A DNA stretch of 63,824 nucleotides, the filler included, from Octopus bimaculoides (Eukaryota): NCBI RefSeq assembly GCF_001194135.2. It is 5 parts of 5 records of this genome, joined end to end, with 100 filler letters (N's around TTAATTAATTAA, not from the genome) between each part and the next. Parts side by side here need not be neighbours in the genome. Positions count along the whole stretch, not along the records: positions 18,623 to 43,390 come from NC_068984.1; 4 more parts are not named here. One strand, written 5' to 3'. Below are positions 25,372 through 35,839 of the stretch, in pieces. The notes beneath the pieces are model-generated. The model worked only from the letters and a program-made list of their open reading frames with translations. It was not told the DNA's origin and made no database searches. Numbering within the stretch: position 1 is the first letter of the stretch; every line of letters begins with the position of its first letter. A program made the translations under genes and the position numbers.

Positions 25372-25945
25372 GTGAGAGAGTAGCGCATACCGTCAAAATG
25401 ACACTGGAGTACAAATATACGAAGCCTAGTACACCCATCATGACTACCCGTCTGATAAGGGTACACCAGGCACATGCATCACAACTATATGTGCGCGACA
25501 TGATCTCATATCAAGATAAACAGTGCATGACCTTACAGGCGGGGCCCGGTTAGAATTTTCATCAGCCCATTCCACTCAAAAGTCGCTGAATAAGGATTGT
25601 TTAAGGATGTTGAACGAAACACCCGATGTTTCCAGAAGTGAATTATTCAAACCTCAAAGAATTCCTCTCAACACATGGCTATGATGCTCCCCCATTACTT
25701 CTGCTCATGATCAGAGATGCACGTATCGTCAGCCACCAAGGGACATGCTTAACTGGTCAAGATGAAACAACTGACAAGCAAATCTGCAGTATTGAGCAGA
25801 ATATTTGTTCTGGCCCATTCTTTATACCAAGACAAAACATGTACACGATAACACTTCTAATCAATAAAGATCAGAAGCAGAAGCCATGAGATCCACTGCC
25901 TGGTACCGCATCAAGGCATTTACTATCATAATCATCATCATCATC
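25372..25945 (+). mobile_element. Probable abundant interspersed repeat ending in (ATC)n; family not assigned
   Basis: More GC-rich block ending in an (ATC)n tail. I recall it as a common octopus repeat, but there is no second copy in the window. Confidence 0.35.
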
Positions 25946-25974
25946 ATCTTCATTATTGTTCAGTAGTCTTCTTT

Positions 25975-26160
25975 TTCAGTTCTATATTTAAGAGATGAGG
26001 AATTATGTACATTATTTACATTATTTACAATTGACGGATATTTGTCCTCATCTTGTTTGTTGTTAACACAACGTTTTGGCTGATATCCCCTCCATCCTTC
26101 ATCATGTATCTTGAGGAATTTTGAACCTGGGTTCTCACTCCTAAAGTATTTTTAGATGTC
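25975..26160 (-). mobile_element. 3' half of a hammerhead-bearing SINE (core mutated)
   Basis: Reverse complement aligns with 27220-27365; the core reads CATGATGA..AAAAC, i.e. inactivating changes. Confidence 0.85.
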
Positions 26161-26190
26161 GTTATTATTATTATTATTATTATTATTAAT

Positions 26191-26255
<65 letters not shown>

Positions 26256-26260
26256 TATTG

Positions 26261-26304
<44 letters not shown>

Positions 26305-26657
26305 TTATGTTTGACTTTTGCTTTGCATTTGTACAAGTTGGATCCAAGTCTCACCCAGAGACCTCAAGAGACAAGTTACAAGTTCATGTAGGTGTTATGC
26401 CTAGGGTACCATATATTTCAAGTTGCACATAGTGTTGTTCTAGAGAATGTTTAAGAAACCATAAGAAAATTATGTGTTTGTTTTAAAATTTGAGATCACA
26501 TAGACAGTATTTTACGTAGGATATGGGCAGTTCCCATGAGCACTATCTTTTGAACTTCAGCCGTTTTGGGGTTTCCTGGTATCTGAGCTAGGTAGTAATC
26601 AGCCCGTTTCGCTGTCATTCCCAGGGCACCTATGACAATAGGTATTGTTTTAGTCAT
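26305..26657 (-). mobile_element. 5'-truncated R4/Dong 3' end (family A) within a (TAA)n tract
   Basis: TKTIPIVIGALGMTAKRADYYLAQIPGNPKTAEVQKIVLMGTAHILRKILSM*, then the 3' UTR and (TAA)n. Confidence 0.9.
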
Positions 26658-26695
26658 TTATTATTATTAGTCATTATTATTATTATTATTATTAT

Positions 26696-26993
26696 TCAGT
26701 AGTTTTATTTTTATAACGTGCTTTCACTTCACTACCGAGCGCAGCTCTGTGCGCCTTGGGTATGTGCTGTGGTTTGCTGTGGTGCTCTTATGTTTACTGT
26801 ATTGAAAGTGTTTTGCGTAGAATGTGTGCAGTACCCAGTAGTGCAATTTTCTGTATGTTATATATATTTGTAAGTCCTGGTGTTTTTGTTATGTATTTGT
26901 CTGAATATTTTTTTATTATACCTAAGGCACCTACTATGATAGGAATTGTTTCTGTTTTTAGATTCCACATTCGAGTTATCTCTATTTCCAGGT
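26696..26993 (-). mobile_element. R4/Dong 3' end (family B) followed by (TAA)n
   Basis: LEIEITRMWNLKTETIPIIVGALGIIKK..IQKIALLGTAHILRKTLSIQ*; about 98% identical to 41677-41985. Confidence 0.92.
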
Positions 26994-27003
26994 NNNNNNN
27001 NNN

Positions 27004-27068
27004 TTATTATTCAGGTCACTGCCTGGAATCGAACTCGGTTAGTAGCCCGCGCTCTTAACCACTACGCC
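27004..27068 (-). mobile_element. tRNA-derived SINE head (10-nt internal deletion), head-to-head with the copy at 27071
   Basis: Reverse complement GGCGTAGTGGTTAAGAGCGCGGGCTACTAACCGAGTTCGATTCCAGGCAGTGACCTGAATAATAA. Confidence 0.9.
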
Positions 27069-27070
27069 GC

Positions 27071-27150
27071 GGGCATATGGCGTAGTGGTTAAGAGTGCGG
27101 GCTACTAACCACAAGATTCTGAGTTCGATTCCAGCCAGTGACCTGAATGA

Positions 27151-27216
<66 letters not shown>

Positions 27217-27365
27217 CAACATCGAAAAATACCTTAAGAATGAGAAACGAGGTTCGAAATTTCCCCCAAGACACCTGATGAAGGCTGGAAGGTATATCAG
27301 CCGAAACGTAGTGTTATCAAAAAACAAGATGAGGACAAATATCCGTCAATTGTAAATAATGTAAA
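27071..27365 (+). mobile_element. tRNA(Arg)-like SINE: head, (TAA)n tract, hammerhead-bearing 3' half
   Basis: A box TGGCGTAGTGG (27078-27088), B box GAGTTCGATTCC (27121-27132); head colinear with tRNA-Arg(ACG); (TAA)n at about 27150-27215. Confidence 0.85.
27270..27315 (+). ncRNA. Minimal type I hammerhead ribozyme (predicted)
   Basis: Stem I GACAC/GTGTT, core CTGATGA (27275-27281) plus one extra A, stem II GGCTG/CAGCC, GAAAC, palindromic ACGT stem III, GUA cleavage triplet at 27308-27310. Confidence 0.8.
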
Positions 27366-27369
27366 TGAA

Positions 27370-28915
27370 GTCTTCTTTTTATTGCATAATCGCAGAACGC
27401 AGCTTTGGGGTTTGTTTTAGTATTGTATTGAAAGTGATCTATGTAGGAAGTGTGCGGTTCCTAGCGGTGTTATATTTTTCGTAAGTCTTGGAGTTTTGGT
27501 TATGCGTCTGATTATATACATTTTAGACCATACCATAAAAAACCTTTTATTGAAGAGATTCTATCTGTTTTCAGGTTCTGCATTCGGGTTATCCCTATTT
27601 CCAGATCTTTATATGTCGAGAGTCACTCCATTTCCTTTAGAGATGCATTATCGTACGTTGGGTGGCGTATCCCAAAGTACTTCGCTTTGTCAATTTCTGA
27701 GACTTTTCTAGTATACTAGAAAGTTTGTAGAATAGAAATATATTCCTCTTCTATCCATTTATGTTTTTCGAATTTCATTTGCGAGGCGTGATACCATTGT
27801 TTTTTTCTTTTTTTTTTCTCTGTTAGCTTTCCATAATGCTGATATAAATTCCAGTGCATGTAAGTCCCAGCTCTGTCATGGCCAAGGATATATTTCTTCT
27901 TAAATAAGGCTGAGTAGCCAGAAACAATAAGATTCATTGCTTATTACCTATCACCACATAAACTGCAGTTACTGTATTCTGCTTTATTTTGTGTTTTTGA
28001 TGGTTTCTTATGATGAGGCTTTGACCTGATGCCGCAATTAAGAACTCTTTGAGTCCCGTGCTTTTCAACCAGTGTCGGGATTTACTTTGTCTATTTCTTT
28101 TTGTGTTTAGCTTATTCCAGCATTTGCCGTGTAAAAACTTCATTTTTTTTTTCTTGCTATCGTTTTATCATGCCGTTTCGTAGTTTCAGTTTTAGTTTGG
28201 AGTTTAGCTACTTTACAGGTTTTGTGTTTCTTCTTTCTCTTCATCAGTGTTAAATATTATAACCTCTGCTTTGTATTTTTTTGGCTACCTTGTTCTATTC
28301 CAGTTCCTAATATTTTTTTCCGTTTTGAGAATGTGTCTCCTTAAGTGTTGCACCTGTTAATTCTCTCGCCGTGTTTTACATTCTCAGTACTTGTATTGTT
28401 AAATATTTTGTGAGCATTATTTGTTTTCGCAACGCAATCTTTCTTTTAAGCATTCTATTACAATTTCTGATATTTTTTTCGTTTTGAGAATGTCTCTCCT
28501 TTAAGCTAGCTAGTTTCTTAGGGTTTCAGCGATATATCTAGACCAGGGTTATTTTTCTTCCAAATTTTACATAAATATACTGTTGTATTTTCGCTTTGTG
28601 GGTAGGTACCGATGAAAAATAAGTTTGTAGAATAGAAATATATTCCTCTTCTATCCATTTATGTTTTTCGGATTTCATTTGCGAGGCGTGAGGAGTAATG
28701 TCCAGTCTTCAATTATTTCCTATTTGTAGGAGACGGCCTGCTCGTTTCTGGAGTAATTTTTCTTACTTTTGTACAATAAGTACACATTTCCGTTTATCCT
28801 TGGACTAAATAATAAGGGGGTTATTTGGATTAATCTTCATTTCTTGTGTTTGATGGTGGGGACAGAGCCAGTCTGTCGTTGATATGAACCGTGTTCCGGC
28901 GATCATGTTTACACA
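27370..28915 (-). mobile_element. Older R4/Dong element apparently lacking the RT core
   Basis: C-terminal HGK..WLKSTGLK, C..CGD..LIVSG..GHDRAG.YMHWNL, and PLGTAHFLHRSLSIQ* at 27370-28150. N-terminal-like HKWIEEEYISILQTYF at 28610-28680. No YxDD region seen between them. Confidence 0.75.
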
Positions 28916-31124
28916 TATAAAAATGTTGGATTTTGTAAACATTTGTAATACATCATTTAAGTCTAGTAATTAGAAATAAATTTTAATGAATTTACTCAGT
29001 TACGTTTTTTACGGTTTCATTTTTTTCTCGATGATATACTTCAAGTATTTCAAGTTTTCAACAGATTTCTTTTCAAATTTTCTACATTGGTTTTACATGC
29101 TGATGACGAAAATCACACTCATTATTTTTTCTAGAAATTAATAATAAAAATGTTACAAACATACCGGAAATTACAACAGCCTGTCTCCAAGGGAACACAG
29201 TAGTATGATAAAATATAAAATGACTCAATCGGCTTCAATATATATCCCCAACTACCAACCATCCTAGATGATATTTTAGTATGCATTTCGTTCAAATCTT
29301 TCTTTTTTTCTGTCAGATCAATCAATGTATTACTATAACTAGATTTCTGTCACTTCTATTTTATTCTTCGCAGTTTCTGTCTTTCTGTTTTGTTTTTGTC
29401 ATCGGAGAATTTCACTTGTTTTACTTTATTGTCAATCCTTTCTTCCTCTCTACTTTGTTTTCTTAAATTTCAGTCATTGTGATTGGTATGAGTAAAGATG
29501 AGCTATGTTAAAGCTACAAATTTGTGTAGGATAATCTTGCATCAATTACAAACACTTCAGGAAAACAGTTGCATCATTTCCTATGAAAAGTGGGTGGAAC
29601 AAAACGAGTAATTTCTGATTTTTTTGTTTTTTCCTAATTGTTTGAAACCATTACATTGGAAGTACTGCATCATCATTTTGTACTCTTGTATCATCTTTCG
29701 GGGTAAAACTTAATCAGCATCGTTGTTGCTTTTGAAGTTGATAGATTTTGAAACATAGTTCGGTGATTGGTACTTTTTTCAAGAAATTTTTCCTCAACTT
29801 TGACTCGATTGTAATTCAGATTGATAATAGAATATCTCGATTATTTTTGGTGTTTAACAATCAATATTTTTCCTTACTGGGCTGCAAGCCAGACACTAAT
29901 GTCTAATTTGATAATTTTCAATTTTAAAAACATGATTCTAATGTGGGGCAAAACGAGTAATGATTAATTTCAATTTCTTTTCTTTAATTGTGTTGTGCAT
30001 AAAGATATCAGAAAGAGAGCCACTCCAGCAGATCGAGAAGAATCTATAGGGAATATTTTATGTTGAGCTTTTAGATTTAATCGAGTTTTATTAACTTAAT
30101 ATCGTGCCCTTTTCCCATGATCCTCTTCCATTTGACCAAAATATTTCAAATTTTTGTTGCATTTCTGTCTTAGATATTGAAGCGTATGAGTCTTTTCTCA
30201 AATATAATTCCGGAGAATTGAAGAGGTAAATTTACTTTATTTTGTTTAATTCATTTTTCCCCCACCTAAATTTGTGTTTTGTATGCTCAAAGAAAAGGGG
30301 GATTATTTTTTGAAATAGTGTTCTGAATATGTTAAAATATTTTTAACGTATTTAGAGGTCATTTGCATAGCTGATATAATTTTTGTTAGGTAGTGAACAT
30401 TTGTAATTTTTTTTTTGTGCTCCTTCCTCACTCCCACCCCAACGTAAATGGAATCTATAGCATATTAGACAAAACATTTTTTAGACGATAATTAATGGAT
30501 TTTTCTTACATCATAGAATTACAAAATATATTTCTGAGACAGTATCTATTTACTTGACTGTCTTGGCGGCTTAAGTTCAAGTCATGCATTTCCAGTTGTA
30601 GCGATACAGGTACGATCAATAGAAAATTGGGGAATATTTTTCTCTCTTCAAGTCATCAGTGTTTATTAGTATTTCGTTGTTTTTTAACCAGAATTTGTAT
30701 TTTCTGGCTTTCTTTACTGTAGATGAGTTCAAATAAGCAAATTATTAGCATTATGTATGCTATCTATTGATAAAAAGTTACTTTTTGACCAAGAAACAAG
30801 TCCTCAAATTTGAAGAACTCCAATAAAAGCAGCTTCAAATTTATTAGGCTTTGAGAAGAGGTACGACGTCATTTCCCTAGACCGACCTTTTGTTTCCATA
30901 TCATAAAGATACACCCACGTTTCACCTCCTGTCAGCCTATCAGAAATATGTCATAATTAACTTCAAACACTTCCAGCAGATCAGAATATACCTGTTGCAA
31001 ATTTATTAGTGACGTAATTCAAGAAGTGTGGTTACGACTATGAAACAAAATCAGATCGTGGAAGATATTACTTCTTCTGTACTTAATTACTTGTATTCAT
31101 TAATTAATATCAAAGTCACCGAGT

Positions 31125-32116
31125 CGTATGTTGAGAGTATAATCTCTTTATAGAATGGCTTCATACACTGATACTGCACTTTATCTTCAATACAGAATGA
31201 GAGCATTTATAACAGTGTTCCTTCATATCATATTTAGGAGATTCCATAATCAAACTGAAGTGCTATTGTGATAGAAAATTAATAAATAAGACTGTGTTCA
31301 AATAATCTAATGATTCATTTTCTTTGATGTATTAAAATACAAGACATAAACTGTATCACGCGTTTGAAGGGAACATCGCTCAAGAAATATATGATTAATC
31401 ATTATTATAGATTTTCCATGAGATAACCACTATTGATACTTTCTTTTTTTCCTTTTTTTCTATATTTGTATTACTAAATTAGTCTTAGATATTGTACAGA
31501 GAAGATTTACAACAACAGATTTGTGTGAACTTGTTAGATAGGCATACATTTAAAAGGACAGAAAAGAACAGAACTTAATACCACCATAAAGCAAATAGAT
31601 AAAATTGACACTAGATACTACATGCTAGATAACTCATATACACAAGCAGTTTAGAAATAGTAGGATAGATCGTGGATCATCGGAAAATGTCAAAATTGAT
31701 GAGATGTTTATGAATAATGTTGTGTTGTTATTGTAATCAGCTTCGATCCAGCAGACTCATGATTAAAAGTGTTCCAGTGAACGCCATCCCTTCTTTTGAC
31801 AACGAAGGAAGAGACAACATGCCAGTGACGAAGATCCCCAACCTGATTCCACCCCATCCCTACCCTGCCTTTGCATGTACCAGCCACTACCTTGCACTGC
31901 CAAACGCTGACTTTGACTCATTGTCCCTTCTGTCTTTTTAAGGCAGTAGTATAGTATTTGAGGAAGATTTAGGTACTACGTAGAGAGCATCATCGGTGAG
32001 TCTAAAGATAAAATATTTTATTTTACCCAGTTTTGATAAAGTCATATGTATCTAAATATATGTAAGTGTCTGTACATACATACATACATACATACATACA
32101 TACATACATACATACA

Positions 32117-32150
<34 letters not shown>

Positions 32151-32365
32151 CATACATACATAGAGATTCCAATGAAGGAGCCTTGGATCTACGTTCTTTC
32201 TCTATTGGCAAGAAATCTTGAAATAAATTGAATAATGACACACATAAGTATGCTGAGAGTATAACCTCTTTATAGAATGGCTTCGTATATTCATACTGCA
32301 CTTTATCTTCAATACTGCATGAGCGCATGAGTGTTTCTTCATATTATATTTAGAAGATCCCATAT
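31125..32365 (+). repeat. Diverged ~120-bp direct repeat (about 31130-31250 and 32252-32365)
   Basis: TGAGAGTATAA.CTCTTTATAGAATGGCTTC.TA.A.T.ATACTGCACTTTATCTTCAATAC is present in both. Confidence 0.85.
32073..32161. repeat. (CATA)n microsatellite
   Basis: Directly visible. Confidence 0.97.
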
Positions 32366-32519
32366 TTACATATATGTGTGTGTGTGTCAGTGTCTCTGTG
32401 TGTAGAGAGATGGCATATACTCTTAAACATTAAATATAATACTCTCGTGCTTTACTCCAATAATATGTACACCTAAACTTTTTTCTGCAACCAAATCTTG
32501 TAAATAGAGTCATAATCAT

Positions 32520-33900
32520 TTAGTTTTACTATATAACGGTGTTGTAAATACAAACAACCTTGGAAATGCTTAGATTTCCGAAACAATGCGAAAAATGTTT
32601 ACGTCAAATATGGAACGAAACAAAGTTCATAAACAAAGGGAAACGTTTCGATGGGGTAGAGGTGAGACTTGCGTCCGAAAAGGAAGCAATAAATCATTCG
32701 TCTACACCTCTAAAATCGGCAGATCTGTTGCTATTGCCGACTTACCTCAGTAGATGGACTTCCAAAATTAGAATTGGGGAGGTCTCACCAGAGATAAAGG
32801 ATATGTGACTGATAACAGCCATAATGTTACACATGAAAGAGGAAGCACACATACTTAAAGCGACCAGAACTGGAAGTAACAATTCAAGCCACCCAAAGGG
32901 ATCTGGAAGAAATTACAGATCTAATCATCCTGCCCGATGAAGCGAAATTAAGAGTTATAGTAGAGAGCAAAAGCCCCAGATGCTACAAATGCGGGGGGAT
33001 AGACAACATAAAAGCTAAGTGCCCGCATGTTTTGCAACCGATAGTACACCCTTCACCCAGCATACCCATACAACCAGCAGAACCAAAAGGCATTAAATCT
33101 GACAAACCCACCAGCCAACCAATGACCAATAGGCCGAAGGAGAAGAAGTCGACCAACACGATTAATCCAATACAGGGCAATACCACAAAAGAAAAGAAGG
33201 CAATCGAGACCACATCAAAATAGCCCGAATTAAGGAAGCTAAAGATAGAAGAGAGACCCATGAAAGATACCCGCATCGAACTATCACCAACTGAAAGCAG
33301 CGACGTTGAGGAGTCAGTCAACAAAAGAAGGGATACAAGAGGTACCCCCTAAAAAGTCTACCAACCGCAAATCAAGATCAGCAACCACAGAGCACACACA
33401 CACACAACTCAAACAAAGACAGCCAACGATACGATATCACACATTTCTCACACAAGACGCAAACAACAAACTCGTTTGCCACTTACAATCCATTTACGGA
33501 GAACATTTCACCACCATTGTCACCTAGTAAAACAGACACCATCCCTAGTCCAGTCCCTCCAGACACCGACCCAGAAACCCCGCACACAGATACACTTACT
33601 GACACACAAGAGATGCAAACCTCCCAATCTCCTCCACGAAAAACGTCCTTGATAATGATTTATAGGGTAGGAAGTGCAGCTCTGAAAAAAGGAATAACAA
33701 AACAAAAGTCAATCATAAAGGTGAAACTACCCATCATAGATAAAGAGAAACACCAGAAAGTGAGAGAGACATTTGGGTCGGATGTTGACCCGTTGGGATT
33801 GGAGGGATGATTGATTCAGTGCTTCCCGTCATCAACCACAGTGATTTGAATGCACTGATTATTAAAACGTATTTTAAAAAAGAGATAAAGAAAAAGAAAC
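32520..33900 (+). mobile_element. Decayed gag/ORF1-like (RRM-like plus CCHC) retroelement remnant ending in an A-rich tail
   Basis: RFDGVEVRLASEKEA..LLLPTYLSRWTSKIRIGEVSPE; KLRVIVESKSPRCYKCGGIDNIKAKC; a low-complexity P/T/K/S region; then AAAAAAGAGATAAAGAAAAAGAAA. Confidence 0.65.
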
Positions 33901-34139
33901 TCTAAAACTGTAAACATTGGTCTAAAACAAGAGCTAAATGAGGCCACTTTGGGTGTGGGCCTCGAGTAGCCGTCATTCCATCTTTACATGTTCTGCATTA
34001 CATCTTTTTGTCATTCTTCCCCCCCCCCCNNNNNNNNNNCTTTATGGCTAGAATAAAATCAGTTTGAAATTTGTCCACCAAGAGTTAGAGTCGTGAATTA
34101 CGATCAGTGTCGCTTGTTTGCTTGCAATTGTTAATTTGT

Positions 34140-35060
34140 TGAATATTGTTATTGTGTGTATTTAATACACCTTTGTTTTACTGCTTTGTGACGGTCTTGT
34201 TATCGTCTTCCCCTTGTCTGAGGGGGGAAGCGCTTTTGATATAACATGAATACTGGTTGTGAAAGTTAAGTCTTTCTGACGTGGATTCGTCAGAGAGTAA
34301 ATCGATGAAGTTCTTGGATAACATTGAGGAGGAGCTGTCAAGTGGAAAAAGCATCTTGAATATTAATAACGGGAAAAATATCAAAAGGTTTGCGGCTACG
34401 GCTGGCGCTTCGAAAGGAGAGTTAAAATTTGAAATGCAGGATTTAAAGAAGTTCAAGGACCTGTTGAAAAAGAAGGAGCATGTAATTGATCAGACCCCTC
34501 ATAGCAGAGTTACTCAGGATACATTAAAGAAAACAATATTATTTAAAAGTTTATAGTCAAAGAGAAAAAACTAGATGTGGCAACAAGGGTCCAAAATGAA
34601 GTGCCTGGGACCCATCTGGCCGGAAATTACGTACTTGGCCAGGAATAATAAATATGATTCGGTGGAAGTGCGGTTTCAAACAGAGGAAATGGCCAGGCAA
34701 CACACCGTGACCCCACTGAAGACGGTTGAAGTGATTCTTCTACCATCATACCTTGGAAGGCGAACTTCCAGGGTAAGGGTCGAAGAAATCCCACCAGAGG
34801 TGGATGTTGCCTGGCTGGCAGCAGTGATAACATTAGGCTTGGAGGAGAGGATAACAATACTCCAAACATCAAGAATATCAAAACAAAACTGACTAGGGCG
34901 ATGGCTGGAAATGATTATCCAGGCTGCCACGGAGGACATAGAAAATATTATGGACACCATTTTGGTGGGTGACAAGGGATTGAGGGTAGTGGTGGAGGGC
35001 AGGAAGCCTCGATGCTTTAAGTGGGGCCAGAAAGGCCACATAAGAGCAGATATCCCTCCA
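34140..35060 (+). mobile_element. Second gag/ORF1-like remnant of a related family, with an N-terminal extension
   Basis: KYDSVEVRFQTEEMA..ILLPSYLGRRTSRVRVEEIPPE; GLRVVVEGRKPRCFKWGQKGHIRADIP; homologous to 32520-33030. Confidence 0.7.
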
Positions 35061-35099
35061 CATCCCGCATCATTTCGCCTTTTTCATCGTGAATCATGA

Positions 35100-35830
35100 A
35101 TCCATGTTCCATTCATTTCTCCCCCCCCCCCCACCTTTTTGTTGATGCTATCTTGTCTGTCCTTGTAGTGTCTTATCCGTGTTTCTACATTAATGGTTAA
35201 TAAAGAACAGATTCGTAATTTGGACGCATCAGGTATGACCCGATTGTCAGCAGCGCAGAGATAACAAGCTATCAGCCGATTGCAAGCAGGGCAGCGTGCC
35301 CTGGTTGTTACGAAATCATACAATGTCCATGTCAGCATCATCTATCACCTGCAACAACGATACAACACCATTAACAGCACAGCAGATCGTGCCCGTAGAG
35401 GGCGCCCCCGAGTGACCACGCCCAGGCAGGACCGCTTCATCCACCTGCAACACCTCCGTGATCACTTCAGACCAGCCAGCGTGACAGCTCGCGAGACCAT
35501 TGGCACTGGACAGCGACCCATCATCGACGACGCGGTCGTGCTTGAGGGCCTGTCCTCAATGCCCGCCACTGTCAAGCACAACTCCAGTGGGCTACACAGC
35601 ACAGACATTGCCGGCATCAACAATGGAGGTCGAGTAAAGGTGCGGCGTAGAAGGAGTGAACGCTACAGAGACGCATGTGTCATGGAGTGAGACGCGTGGG
35701 ATGGCCAAAGCATCATAGTTTGGGGTGCTATAGGCCTGAATCAGAGAATTGGGCCACACGTATTCCAAAATCTTGGTGACCTGGCGTTACAGCGCATCGC
35801 TACGTTGAGCAGAGCCTAAGACCTCACATC
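35100..35830 (+). mobile_element. Tc1-family transposon, internally deleted
   Basis: From ATG at 35235: MTRLSAAQR*QAISRLQAGQ..RGRPRVTTPRQDRFIHLQHLRDHF, later RRSERYRDACVME and SIIVWGAI. Confidence 0.88.
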
Positions 35831-35839
35831 AGTAGTTTT

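Noticed and set aside
27071-27145. Possible tRNA gene
   Set aside because: Acceptor and anticodon stems pair poorly, and it is followed by a (TAA)n SINE body; treated as a SINE head.
29480-30300. AT-rich region that looks like decayed coding sequence
   Set aside because: No recognisable motif in the minus-strand frames I translated.
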